Below, piece by piece: positions 1-12,607 of a stretch of 64,000 nt of DNA (positions within the stretch are counted from its first letter, which is position 1; each line of letters begins with the position of its first letter). This DNA comes from Camelus dromedarius. Its lineage: Eukaryota. The position numbers and the translations under genes were made by a program. The notes under the pieces were generated by a model. The model ran no database searches. It saw only the letters and a program-made list of their open reading frames with translations, and was not told where the DNA came from. The stretch lies in contig NC_087437.1 of NCBI RefSeq assembly GCF_036321535.1, forward strand, positions 121,522,001 to 121,586,000. The letters run 5' to 3'.

Positions 1-581
1 GGCCACCTGACGCGAGGCCTTCCCGGCGCCGAGCCCACTGGTGTGTCCAGGACAGAGGCACGTCCCCAGGGCCCGTTCCCTGCTCTCGACCCACACGCGC
101 ATCAGGTGTCGCCGTTGGCCCTCAGCCAGGCATGAACAGCACGGCAGGGTTAAGGTGCGTGACAGAAGAGCAAGCAAGGTGGGAGCCAAGCCCGCAGGAA
201 GCTCCGTCCAGACGCCCCGAGGCTACAGCTGCCCTGCTTTTCCGCGGCCCTTCATCACCCAGCACGAAGGCGGGGAACATCTGAGGGTCTGAGAGGAGTC
301 CTGCCAGCTCCCTGTCGGGACTTGCTGCAGGTCAGGCGGTCTGTCCTGGCCCTGCGGTGTGCAGGCTCAGACGCCTCCGCCACCCGCGCTGGAGGCTGCT
401 TCTTCAGTAGGAAAACCATCCCCAGACACGCTGCACTTCTGGAGCAGTGTCTGGAGAACTGGGCGCCACCAGACGCGGCGGTAAAGCTGTGCGCTGAGGG
501 TGTGCGCTGGGCGCCCCGTGTGTGTGGGCTCGCGGTGGGCTCTGCCAGACAGCAGAAGGTGGACATTAGTGCCCGTTTCTG

Positions 582-692
582 TTTATAATATGCTGTATAT
601 TTGAAGCTAACAAAAATGCCTTTAAAAAGTTATGATTCCTATTTATAATATGCCCTATATTTGGAGCTTATAAAAATGCCTTTATGAGTGCT
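582..692. repeat. Two-copy tandem duplication, 60-bp period, AT-rich
   Basis: tttataatatgctgtatatttgaagctaacaaaaatgccttta at 582 and tttataatatgccctatatttggagcttataaaaatgccttta at 642. Confidence 0.9.
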
Positions 693-1382
693 ATTAGGAC
701 TGGCCATCCCATTTAGGAAACTGGGAGAGTTTTACAGGGTGTGAAGTGAAGCTTTCAGTGCTGTGTAATTTTGAGGTGCTCCGAATCACGTGTGTTAAAA
801 CCTCTCCCAAGGCTGGTGTGACACGTGCCTTTGGGAGCTCAGTTACTTGTCGGCACGGGCCAGCCTGCTGCGCTCGGGGGCAGTACACTTCCAGCGGTCT
901 TTCCCTGCTCCTGAGCCACCCACGCGGTCACTGCCTCCCACGGCGCAGGCTGTCGGCTGTTGACGCTGTGTGAGACTCAGGTGCGTTAGCTCAGTCGTCA
1001 GAAAACTATGATTGGAAGAGAATAATGTGCAATTTAAACACTGCCCAGGAGCCTCCAGAGCCGAGGCGGCTGCCTTGGCAGGTGCTGCCAGCCCAGGACC
1101 CGAGGCGGGCCTGGAGCCCAGGTCACACCACGGGGACAGTTGGACCCGTGCACAAGCCCTCCCCGGGCCCCGCCAGCCCATGGAGGCAGGCTGCTGGGGG
1201 ATGGGCCCTGAAGACTCTGTGACGTCCTTTCTTCATAAATTGAGCTGATCGTGGACACAGACCGTCCCTGAGGAGCAGGCAGCTGTCATGCCAGGCTTCC
1301 TCCCTGGTTCCTCCTTGCTGAGAGAGCGCCTTTTAGTGAAGTGCAGAGCATGTGACAGCGGGGGTATGGGGTGAAGGGCACT

Positions 1383-1724
1383 TATCCATCCATCCACCCA
1401 TCCACCCACCCAGCATCCATTCATCCACCCATCTCCCCATCCATCCACCAGTCCATCCATTCATCTGTCTGTCCATCCACCCATCCACCCACCTACCTAT
1501 CTACCTACCCACTCTGTCCATCCACCCACTCATCTATCCACCCACCCATACACCTATCTATTCATCCATCCACCGACCCATCCCCTCACCTACTCATCCA
1601 TCCACCAATCCATCCATTCATCTGTCCCTCCACCTACCCACTCTGTCTGTCCACTCCCACCCACCTACTCATGCATCATCCATTCATCCACCCACCCATC
1701 TACCATCCATCCGTCCATCTATCC
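1383..1724. repeat. Degenerate (CCAT/CCAC)n simple repeat, possibly an expanded L2 tail
   Basis: Continuous tcca/ccca units, followed by an L2-like stretch (cattaagccttctgtgtgccagcacc). Confidence 0.9.
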
Positions 1725-4700
1725 AGCAGGTGGCCATTAAGCCTTCTGTGTGCCAGCACCAGGCATCTGGGCGTGCATGAGACAGGTGTGGGTGACAGGG
1801 TGGCAGGGGCAGAGGGACGGCTTCAGCTTTCAGGCTTGGGGTTTGCTCTAGAGTGGGCTATGAAGCGCCGTTTGGCGAGGAGGGTGGATCCGTGTGATGC
1901 GCTGCTGCTGTGCTGTGTAGGTCAGGAGCCAGTCTCTGGCCGGAGTGGGAGAGGCGCTCAGGTCCTGAGAGTGGCTGACCCCTGGTGACCAGCAGCGGTC
2001 ATGGATGGCAGGCCCAGGTGTCCCGGGCACCACTGTGACAGACGCATGGGTGCGTTTCATTTCATTTGTGCGGACAGCGTCCTGTCAGCTCCCTGGTGAG
2101 GGCTCCTTCCACAGGGGTGCCTTCCAGGGGAGGGCAGGGCCACCCGAGTCTGACGGCTGAAATTCTAAAGCAAACGTGTGGGGTTAGATTTGTGAAACTG
2201 TGCTTGAAATGCTATGGAAACTGGATCACATCTTAGCAGTGCCTATTCTTAGTGCATTATTATTGGTCATATTGAAAATACAGTTCACATTATTGTCTTT
2301 TTTCCCTTTGATTCCAGAAAATAAAGTATAATTTTCGAGTAAATGGGATTTTAATTAAGCCATGTTAAACAGAGCAAATGTGGGCTGTATTTCAAATGCA
2401 TTGGTGCTGTTTATCCATTTCAAAGGACAGAGTATGGTTATAAAAAATAATACTTTATGAAGCTTTTTTCAATTTACTGTAGTCAGCCAAGCTGGTGTGT
2501 TATTTTGTTGTTCTGGCGTCTGCAGTTTGTGTTCATTTCTAAGGCTGTTACTGCTCAGAGATGAGCAGGCGATGTGGCGAAGAAGAGAGAGGAGGGGGCG
2601 TGTGCGCACACGTGGGTGCGTGTGAGCACGTGGGGCAGGCGGGGTGGTCGAGGGGGCCGTGACTGTGTAAGAGGCAAGCCCAGCGCTCTGGGACACAGCT
2701 GGCCCTTGCGGTCCCTGAGGGACCCAGGCTTCTTTTGTTCCACGGCTTCGCTTCTTTAACAGAAGCCTCTGGAGTCACCCTGGGGGTGGCCCCACCCCAG
2801 TCCAGCAAGAGGAAGGCGGGAGAGTACAGAGGAGCCTGTTTCCCTTAGGACACGAGCCTGCATCTTCGCCAGTCACCCCACCCAGGCCTCTGTCCAGGGC
2901 TCTGGGGTCCTTGCTGTGTGGGTGTGGTGCTGCTCCGGGGGCAGGACCCCCGCGGTAGAGACGCTCGTTCAGCAGGTGGGGTGGCAGGCAGGGTCTCAGC
3001 GGTGGGGGCGCCCTGCCCGTTCCCCGGCATCGTGAGCTCTGCCCGGCACGTGCGTGTTTACAGCCCGGGCTTCCTGGGGGGGGCTCCTGTTCCCCCAACC
3101 GTGGGCTCCGTCCCGGGGGTTCTGTCTTGTCCTCCAGAGCCTCGTCCGAGGTGGGTGTCGGGCAGAACGTAGGAAGGGGCATGGGACCGTCAGAAAATTT
3201 TCCTGTAGGCTTCATAAATTACAGTTTAACCTCAGGCAAGACTTGTTTCCGCATATTTGCTCGGTGTAAATACACACGTTTAGAAGAGTGTGTGTAATGG
3301 TGATGACTGAGAGCAATAAATGACTCAAGTTTGCAGAGCTGTGTCGGAGAGCTTGATGTCTTTGGTGCCCTTTGGTGCCCTTGTGCCAGTGACGCTGGAT
3401 TATGGAGACTCGTGGGGAGTCGGGGCCCCCCGGCAGGACTAGCCCAGGGCCGCCTGGCTCTCCCCGTCGGGCCCCCAGGTGCCCTGAGCTTCCAGACCTT
3501 CTCAGCGGTCCCGCGTCCCTCAGTGTGTCCTCTACCTATGAGCATTTAATTCTGTCCCTATTTTGCTTCGTTGCTCTGTCTCTGAGGTCTGACGTTCTGC
3601 TAAAACCTACCAGCTCCAGCATTCGCTGACGTCCGTGAGAAGTGTGCGGCCCTTGTGCTTGGCGGTAACTGCGGCGGGGACTGGGCGGGGGCAGGGCCTG
3701 CCGGATCACCGTGGCCAGTTTCAGGGAACGGTCTGCCCCTTCTCAGGCTGCTGCGGGGTCCGCACAGCAAGGTGTTTGCGTGTAGAAGGAGGGCTTGGAA
3801 TAAAGTTTTTTCTCAGTATGGAAGCAGTATTTATTGTAAGAATTAGGAGATGCAGAATAAACTATGGAAAAGCTAAGGTGATAATCCTTGTAGCAAAATC
3901 ATTGAATGTGAGCAAGTCTGCATAATTTTCTTCCAATTCCTGGAACTGAATTTAGATTTAGGAGTTTAGTGACTGTTTACAGCCTCGGATTTTGGTATTA
4001 TGGCCAGAAATCCAGTGGTGCCTGACTCCTGCCTGGGGCCACTTGCGGGTCCCCCGGGAGGAGAGCGCCCACGAGGAGAGGAGTGACTGGCCCTGCCCCT
4101 CCGCCTTCCGGTGCCCAGTGGGACAAGGGGGACCCAGGGCCCCCAGACGTGCCGGGGTGGCTGGCGGTTTGTCCAGCAGGCTGGCTAAGAGTCACCCAAA
4201 GAACGCAGTTTCAGTGCAGCCCTCTGTCGTCCGTCACCTCCAGCCTCACGCGGAGTAGAGCGCAGACGGGGGGCTGAGGACCGGGGCTCCGGCACAGAGT
4301 CCAGGGCAGCGTGGCTGTGTTAGCCCCAGAGAAGTTGCTTTTTGTGTTTTCATCACTCACGCTTTGCTGCATCGCTCTGTTCACTTGCTTCTCCCAAATC
4401 TTAGTGCTCCCGGCCCCATCACTCCTTCACAGCCGCCCGCACGCCGGGCTGTCCCCGCAGTGCTTGGTCAGCGTTCCCCGCAGCTCAGCTCCATAGTTCT
4501 CTCGGTGCTCAGCACAACTGATCATCGCGTCTGTGCAGAGGCTCTAGCTTTCATGTGTCTAGAGCTCTCGTCTGCTGGAAGCTGCCCTGGCTGTGACTTC
4601 AACTCGTAGTCTGTGGGCTTTGATCATAAGTGAGGTGGAATTGTGTTTGCTGCCTCACTATTTGGCTGCAGTAGGCGTCCCCCTAGAGAGGAGCTCAGTC

Positions 4701-4779
4701 TGGGCAGCTTTGCCCCTTTGGTGTTCATCCCCACGCCTTGAGCTCCGTGGTTCATTATCCCATCTGCTGTCGTGGCCCC

Positions 4780-5480
4780 TGGGTGGTCGAGCAGAAGACC
4801 CGGGACGTGTGGCCTGCGAGGCCGTCGGCTGGCGAGCACGTTCTCCCGGCCGTGTTAGCGCTCCCGGGAGCCGAGCGGCCGGGCTCTGGCAGCACCACGG
4901 GGCTGAGGCTGCAGGCGGCGCAGCGGTCAGCCAGGCCTCGCTGGCCCCTGAGGGGGCCCGTCCAGTGTTTCCATCAAGGCCCGTTTTCTCTTGTGGCACG
5001 TGAGCCTGGAGATCTGATTTACCAAAACAGCCACCCGTGACAAGGGACGTGGACACTGTGAACGCGTGGCCCGCTCCGTGCTGGAGCAGGGGCCATAGGT
5101 GACGCCCCGAGACCTTGCGGTGTGCAGGCCCGGCACAGCGCCCCCAGCGCGCGGACCTGCCGGCGCGGCGCTGTGGTGCCGGAGCCCTGAGAGCCGCGCC
5201 CCTCCCGCCCGCGCCCCGCCCCGCCGACGCTACAGCCATCCTCGTCCTCCAGGCGGCTCCGGGGGCAGAGGGACCTCCGACAGCGCGGGCGTAACCCCCG
5301 AGTGAGCAGGGGGCCGCCTTCATCGCCAGCCGAGCCCAGCAGACCCCTTCACGTCAGTGACCGGGTTACCGCGGCTGCGTTTGCGAGCGCCTCCCACTCA
5401 GGCTCGGCAGGTGAGGGTGAGACTTGTCACGCGTAGGCGTGTCTCAGAGGAGCCCACATCGGGACCCGGGTGTTAGTCGA
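4780..5480. promoter_or_regulatory. CpG-island-like region (intronic)
   Basis: Very dense CpG with GC boxes (ccgccccgcc) around 5150-5400; judged by eye, not computed. Confidence 0.5.
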
Positions 5481-5591
5481 GACGTGATGAGGTAGCCCCG
5501 ACGTTCCGGGGGGACCGCCCACCACTGTCCTACCAGCGGGTGCCCCACGTGGGAGAGGAGCTCAGGGCCGGGGAGGGAAGGGCGGCGGCGT

Positions 5592-5706
5592 GGGGAGCAT
5601 GCAGGGGGGCGGGGAGCACGCAGGAGGGAGGGGAGCACGAAGGAGGGCGGGGAGCATACAGGAGGGGCTGGGAGCACACAGGGGGGCGGGGAGCACGCAG
5701 GAGGAC
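5592..5706. repeat. G-rich minisatellite, about 19-20 bp unit (ggggagcacgcaggagggg-like), about 6 copies
   Basis: Repeated gggagca(c/t)(g/a)(c/a)agg(a/g)ggg units. Confidence 0.8.
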
Positions 5707-6489
5707 CCGCCGTCCCTGGGGAGGAGAAGGCTCTCCCAGCCGTCCCAGGGAAGCCTGCTGCCAGGCGCTGGGGGGCGGCAGTATGAGGGACGCGGGACTC
5801 GGGCTCTGGCGTCCGCTGCGGGCTGCCGCCGCTTCTTCCCCAGGGCGCCCGGCGTGCGCGGGGCCGGCTCTTGGCTGCGGCCCCTCCACACTGTGGTGCT
5901 GGATCCGCGCCCGCCCGGTTCCCTCGGGACCTTGTGCCGTCTGTCCCCTGAGGTCTGGACGGTAACAGGAGCTCCTCTGCATTCGGACAAGCACGGCGCA
6001 GTTGGCATGTTTCAGTAAGAATTACAAGTTAGGAGGCGTTGATGAGGGCCAGCGCCTCTCCTTCCGGCAAAGACGAGCCCACGGCGCCGCCCGACAGCCA
6101 GCGAGGGTTTCGGGGCGCAGGGTGCTTTATTTCTGGGGAAGCAGCTGTAACACCGAGTGAAGACTCTGGGGGGGGTGGGGTGCTGCGGACCAGGATACCT
6201 GTTAACCAGCAGCACCTCGTCTAGGAAAGTGAGGGGGACCCTGCGTGTGTGGCTCTGGCTTTGGCTGCAGTGGCCGAGCCTGGGGTCACCTGTTCGCCTG
6301 TCCTCACAGGCGTGTGGCAGGAGCGGGGGTTGCAGAGCAAAGGAGCCCGCGCCCCCCGCCCTCACGGCCCGGGGCAGGAGGCTGGCCGCCAGGAGACCCA
6401 GACTGCCGGTCACAGACAGCGCCCCCCAGGTCAGGACAGACCCTCCCTGAGCAGGTCCCTGTGCGGAGGCACCGCCCTGGGGGGGCCGT

Positions 6490-6890
6490 GACGGCCACGG
6501 CGGGAAAGAGAGGTCTGTGTCAGGGCACTGACGCCCACAGAATGCCTCGCTGGGGTTTTGACTGGGATGGAGCCTAGTCTGTAGGTCAAGCTGGGAAGAG
6601 CTGGTATCGCCAGTAACGTGCAGGGATTGTCTCTCCATTTATTTAGTTCTTGGATTTTGTTATCAGAGTTTTGCACTTTAACTCATATAGAGTCTGTTGT
6701 TAAGTTTATACCCAAGAACTTCATTTTGGGAGGGCGGTGTTTATGTAAATGCTGTTGTGTTGTTTATGGCAGATTCCAGCTCGTTGCTCGTAGAGAGGAG
6801 AGCAGTTGACTTTGGTGCATTAATCTTGTAGTCTGCGACCTTGCGGTCGTTGCTTACTGGGTCCAGGAGGGTTTTTGTCACTTGCTACAC
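6490..6890 (-). mobile_element. Old LINE-1 ORF2 fragment (antisense)
   Basis: ctggggttttgactgggat...gtaggtcaagctgggaagagctgg...ctccatttatttagttctt...gttgacttt...ttaatcttgta resembles reverse-strand L1M ORF2. Confidence 0.7.
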
Positions 6891-8459
6891 TTATTTTAAT
6901 TACTCCAAGTTGCATTTCACTAGAAAAAAACATGTTTGCTAAAAGCAGCGCATGGACCTTACTGCCGTACCGCCTGCCATGTCTTGTCCTGTGTGTGCGG
7001 AGTCTCTGGAGGGGGACCAAGTCACATGCTTGGATGGGTTCCTAGAAAGGAAAGTAATTCATTGCAAAGTATTATAAATTGAATGCCTTGAATATTTTAG
7101 TGATATTATGTTGTTTAGATAATTTTGGAAGGAAAATGCAACTATGAGTGCATTCCCTAAACATGCATGATTAAGTTGTTGAATTTCAGATTATTTTCCC
7201 TCAAATTATATTAGAATTTTACACTTCATTTACCTTTGTTAAATAATCAAATCGTTATTCGTTTTTTTTGCTATAGCTGCAAAAGTCATCTAGCCTTTCG
7301 CAAATTGCTTGATTTACATGAAGAATCAACACAAATAATCTTCATTTCAACACTTCTCTCTTTAAAAATTTGCAGTGTGTCGCTATTAAAACTGAAACAC
7401 GTAACAGTCATGAAGAACATGTAAAACTTCTCTAAAAACCGTCTTTTTTGGAAAGTAGAATAGATTAAAACCAGTAATAATTGCTAGTAACTTTGTCAGG
7501 TTCGCTGTTTATCTGAACATTTTTAATCTATAAACTTCAGTGAATTTTTACAGTGTTTTCCACCAGCACAATAGAGAATTCACGACCTGATGCATCTTTA
7601 ATACGAATCAGTTGTGTTCTTCCTGTTTTATTCCAGAATCCTTTGTTCTCACCGAGGGGAGGGGAGGAAGCGATGAGGCAAGGACACTGTCGGAAGCTGA
7701 CAGGAACACTGTCCACAGAACGTGTGTACCTGTTTATACCCCGTCTTACAGCACGGGCGTCTACAAACGTGTGGGGAGTCGCACAGCAGGTGGCCCACCG
7801 CCCGCCTAGGGAGTGGCCCGTTGCCAGTCGGGGTGCCCCTGGAAGTCAGAGCTGACCCGCGGGGGACTGGCGCTGACGCCAGCTGAGCGGCACTGGGGGC
7901 CCTGCCTCCTCCTCTTGCGTGTGGCCATGCACTGTCCAGTCCCACTTGTTAGAAAGTGGGTTTGCACGCACTGGTCTGGGGCGCCACCTCCCCCCAGCTG
8001 TGTGCTTCTGCCTGCACCTGTCCTGCTCCGTCCACTGCTCCTCGTGTCAGCGGAGGCGCCGTCGTTTCCAGGCTGGGGGCCAGTCCCACCTAAATGCTCC
8101 TTCAGTTCAGAGTCTTCAAACCTGATGGTTTTCCCACATCACCTTTACTATCAGCTGTCTGGTTCTATTTTAGAAAGAAAAGCTGGAATTACGACTGGAA
8201 GCAAAGCAAACCTAAACCCCAAGCCGTTTGGTGCCGAGTTTAAAGGTCTTTTCACGCCTCCCTGCCTCAGGTTCAGCTCCCTTGTTAAGCCTTAGAGGAG
8301 TCCTGGAAAATGAAGAAGTTATTTGAATGTTGCTGTCAAATAAAGCTTTCCTTTCATTGACCATCCCTGGAATTTTGTGAGGGGTTTTGGAAGGAGTTTT
8401 AATTCTTCAGTGTTTGTGGTTCAGGCCGTTATGAGGCGCTTTTCAGAGAGAGAGAAAAC

Positions 8460-9220
8460 CGGTCCCGTCGAATGCTCCGAAGGGCTCGCGGCGGCTGCGC
8501 GCTCCGCTTGGAGCCCTGGTGCCCAGGCGGCAACTGCCGGCGCCGCGGGCGCCCCGCCTCGCGTTCGCCCCGCGCCCGCCGTGCTCTGCGCGGCCGGCCG
8601 GCCGGCTCGTTTTCCGCTGGGAGGCGTGCCCGCGTCCTCTCCCGGAACGTCACTGTGCTAGGGCCGGGGCGCAAGGCGTGCCCTGCGGCGGCGGGCGCTG
8701 CAGAGCTGGGCCCCTGCGGCGCTCAGGCCCACCGCCTCGGTCCCGGCAGGGCCCGGACCCGCAGGCGGCCGGCGTCTCGGCACCGTCCCCGATCAGGCAC
8801 GCGTCGCGGGCGCCTCCCGCCCCGCAGAGACGGGCCTTTTTACTGTGAGAGAGGACAAGTGCCCGTAGCCGTAGGGGTAACACGGGGGGGGGCCGCGTTC
8901 CCTGTCACGCCGGGCGTGGCTGTCGGCACAGCCGGGACCGAGGACGCCCGCCGCCCCCGGGGCCCCGCCCCGCGTTGGGCTTCGTGGCCACGCCCCAGGC
9001 CCCGGCCGCCACTCACCTGTTCTCACTTAGTTTTCTCGTTTCAGGAACATCACACAGTTGACCCTTGAACAGTGCAGGGCTCAGGGTGCCGACCTCGGTG
9101 CCGTCTGCACCCCGGGGAGCCCACAGTGGGCCCCCGTGTCTGCACCCGTGGGCGCGGCCGGCCTGGGCGCGGGGGGCGGGCTCGGACGTGCCAGTGCTAG
9201 AGCCTTCCTCTAGGGGGAGC
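8460..9220. promoter_or_regulatory. CpG-island-like region (intronic)
   Basis: Extremely CpG-dense block with GC boxes; judged by eye. Confidence 0.55.
9054..9150 (+). mobile_element. Tigger2/MER8-like DNA transposon end
   Basis: cagttgacccttgaacagtgcagggctcagggtgccgacc resembles the Tigger-family terminal inverted repeat as recalled. Confidence 0.5.
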
Positions 9221-9229
9221 CTCGCCTTC

Positions 9230-10170
9230 AGACCCACGGTGCTCACTTGTGAACGGGCTGTGGCGCGTATACGTGGGCGGTTGGCCTTTCCCACTCGGCC
9301 TCCTCCCCTGGAGATCCGTCCGGGTCATTGTCAGCAGTTTGTTCCTTTCTCTTGCGTCCAGTCAGTCAGCCACCTGCTGAAGGGCGTGTGGGTGCCCAGT
9401 TTGGAGCTGTTATGGATAAAGTGGCTGTAACGTTCCTGCGCACGTTCTTTATATGAATGTGCGTCTTCATTCCTTGGGGACGAGTGCCCATTTTAGTTCT
9501 GAGAAGCCACCAGACTGTTCCCTGCCCCACCAGCAGTGTGAGTGACCCAGTGTGCGTCCTCGCCGGCGCTCGGTGTCGCCACCCTGGCCCGGCGGCGTTC
9601 TCCCAGGTGTGCGGTGGGGCCTCACGTGGTCGTGGGTCGCAGCCCCCTGCGGGCCGTGGCCCTGGCGTCGTGTCACGTGCTGGTTTCCGTCTGTGTGTTC
9701 TTTGGGGAAGCGTCTCTCAGTGTCCTTCCCCTACTTTCTGAGGGACGTGTGTTTCCTGTTGAGCTGGAGAATGTCCTGTGTACTCTGTCCGGCTCGTGGC
9801 TGTCAGATGTTTGCTCCCGGTCTCTAGCTTCTTAGCAGGGTCACTAGCAGAGCAAAGGTTTCAATTTTCATGAGGTCCAGTTTATCGTTTCTCCTCTTAT
9901 GGGCTGAGCTTTTGGTGTCTAGTCTGCAAACTGCCTAGTCCTGGATTCCCCAAGATTTTCTCCCGTGATCTTTGTTAAAGTCTCATGGTTCTGTGCCTAA
10001 CGTGTGAGGCCACGGGCCCCTCCGAGTGGATCTCTGCGCGGGCTGTGAGATCTGATGCCCGGCTGCTCCAGCGGCTTGTGGACAAGAGCGCCCTTCCCTA
10101 GTCCGTTGCTCCCGCGCCTCTGTCGCCGTCGGCCGTCTCCAGTCCTCCGCGCTGCTCCGTTGTGGCCTGC
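9230..10170 (-). mobile_element. Old LINE-1 3' region (antisense), GC-shifted
   Basis: cagtttggagctgttatggataaagtggctg...cccaccagcagtgtgagtgacccagt...gcagagcaaaggtttcaattttcatgaggtccagtttatc are typical reverse L1M motifs. Confidence 0.7.
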
Positions 10171-12579
10171 TCGTCTGCCCTCCCCGGGCCGCCCGCCTTG
10201 GCGACCGAGGCTGTAGAGTGAGTGTTGCCATCAGGGCCCGGCTTCGCCCCTTCTTTCTGTGACACCTGCTCTGGAACCTTACTCAGGCGATGCTGCCATC
10301 TCCAGGTGGGCATCTGTCTTCCTGTTTCATTCGGTTTAAGATCTTCCTGACTCTCAGGATGATGGATGATTTTTGGTGGAAACCTGGACATGTTATTAGA
10401 GTCTGAATCTTACTTAAGCCCACTGTTTCGGCTGACTTTCTCAGCAGGCGGAGGCGGGGAGTCTGGGCTCCCCACGTGACTGTGCTTTGTGAGTGGGAGG
10501 GAAGAGGTCCTCACAGCCCCGTGGGAGTGAGAGCCAGGGCCCCCACGTCCGTGCCGGGTGGGAGATGGGGTCTGCCGATTCCCTAGCCTGCTGGGAGGTC
10601 CCCTCTGACTCCCTGGGACAGAGAGAGCACTTCTGTCAGGGTTTTCTGGTCCATCCGTTGGTGTTTCCGGGTAGCCGGCTTCTTCAGCTCCGAGTCTGGG
10701 ATGGCGATGCAGAGGGAGGCTGCAGGGGACTCTCCGCCACGCGGCCTCGGTCCCTTCACCGCTCAGCGCCTCCCCGTGTGCGCTGTGCCTGCCACATCGG
10801 GGTTCTCAGCTGCACCGAGCAGGCAGGGAAAGGATGCGCTCCGTGCCCCGCCCCCAGCCCCGCCACGAGCCCCTCTCGCCGCCTGTAAGCCCGGCTTCCA
10901 GCCGGTACGAGCGGAGGGCTTCGGACCATTTTGTGTGGCTGCTTCCAGAACCAGTACTTTGTGTTTCCCGGAGCTGCGTCGTGAGTGCCCGTCTCACACA
11001 GCCTCTGCGCTTGCCCCACGCCACCCGCTTCTGGTCTTCGCCTCCGACCCGACCTCTCCTCCAGGCTCAGGCTGACCACCACACGCCACGTTCCCCCCCC
11101 CGACCCTCCAGCCGAGAGGCCCCTCAAGCACCTGCATCTTCCCGAGGGCGTGCGGTGGCCTGGCGCTGTGCCCACGTCCTACCTCCGTTCAGACCTGGAG
11201 GAAGCGAGCTTCATGACACCTTCCATAATGGAGACGCCAAAGCACACCAGTACGGGTGGCTCTGTGAGCCCCGCGCACCGTCAGCCGGCGTCAGCAGGTG
11301 CCAGCCGGGGCACCTTGGCCGCTCCTCCGCCCTGCAGTCTGTGATGACGAGACCCAAGGACCGTCCCGTCCACGAGCGTCTCTGTGTGTGTCCCTGCCAG
11401 TGTGTGTCCCTGGAAGAGACGTGCTGTCTCCACGCCGGCAAGGACTGAAAACAACCCCTTAGTACAGCCAGTTCCCCGCACAACACTTGAATCTCCCCGA
11501 GCCTGTCTGATTCCCTTCAGGTCCCTTGGTAAGCAGTTCTGTGCTTTGTGTAATAGATTTTCAGAAACTACACCTTGGAGTAACTCACAAGTACAAAATG
11601 TTAATGCTTTTAAAACGTCTGGAACGCTTCCCTGAATAAAGGATTCTAAATAGAAACTCATTAAGCTTTTAGCAACGAGTCTGCCAGCTATACAGTGAGA
11701 ATTAGTGTTACTAACACACGATTGTCATGAAAACTGTGTCTTAGATGTCCGTTATGTGAGAAAGCTGTTTCAGATACATGCACGTTTTAACACATTCTCG
11801 TCACCGTTTATTATAAATCACTGGTTTTTAGTGATTTACAATATAAACCTAGCTTGCGTGCAGAGCAGCATGTGCCTGCAGAACTCGGCAGTCTGATGGG
11901 GTCCTGCACCGCAGGTCGCGTGCTAGTGCGGTCCTGCAAAGAACGGCCGGAGTATTTAGAAAGAGGAAACTCTTTAATTTGTTAATAATGAAATAACTGG
12001 AATAATTGTTCTCTGAGGGTTTCCTGTGGTTCTCCTGCCAACAAAATAGGTTGTATGTGGCTAAGAAGTTGGATCAGATTTTAAAAATTCTATGTGTTTT
12101 AGTTTTGTCCATGAGACGCCGCTGAGGCTGAGAGGCAGAGTGACCACGGTACCTGTTTCTTCCTGCTCAGTAGCTTTACTTTATAACCCACCCCAGTCTC
12201 CCCAGCACCCAGGTCGGCAAGTGGCTGGCGGTCTGGGCTCCGTCCTGGGGCGTCTTTCTGAGATGCACAGGGCATCGCCTTCCCCTGGCTCGGAGCTCTG
12301 CACGGCCGCCACCCCTGGGGAGCAGGCCGCTCTCTGCAGCGCCCTGAAGTCCTCCCTGCTGCAGCAGGGGCCTGGCCAGGACCCCGGGTCCTGACCACGC
12401 ACAAGGGGGAGGAGCTACCAGTCACCCAGTCCGGAGGCCGGACCCACCCGCCCTTGTCTGAGCAGCTTTCCACGGAAGGGGACCTACCTCGTGTCACTCA
12501 GGGCTCAGTGCTGTGTTCTTGCTGTCTTTCAGACAGAAACAGCCTCCGCCAGTCAAGAAGCCCTCAGAAGCTCCTTGCC

Positions 12580-12607
12580 ATGGACCTGGAAGATGAAGAG
12601 AACATGA
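12580..12607 (+). CDS. ADARB1: ADARB1 coding exon 1 (MDLEDEENM + 1 nt); exon starts at 12533
   Basis: Acceptor tctttcag|ac at 12532/12533, strong Kozak gccATGg at 12580, donor a|gtaaga at 12608. Matches the ADAR2 N-terminus MDIEDEENM. Confidence 0.96.

Noticed and set aside
41..292. Basic ORF with aag|gtggga as candidate exon 0
   Set aside because: No resemblance to the ADAR3-like R domain, and the phase does not fit.
1233..1988. HPSIHP-type ORFs
   Set aside because: Translation of the (CCAT)n repeat.
2561..2630. Arg-rich reading after ATG as candidate ADAR2 exon 0
   Set aside because: No KRRRRRRSKRK-like motif, an early stop, and no suitable phase-1 donor.
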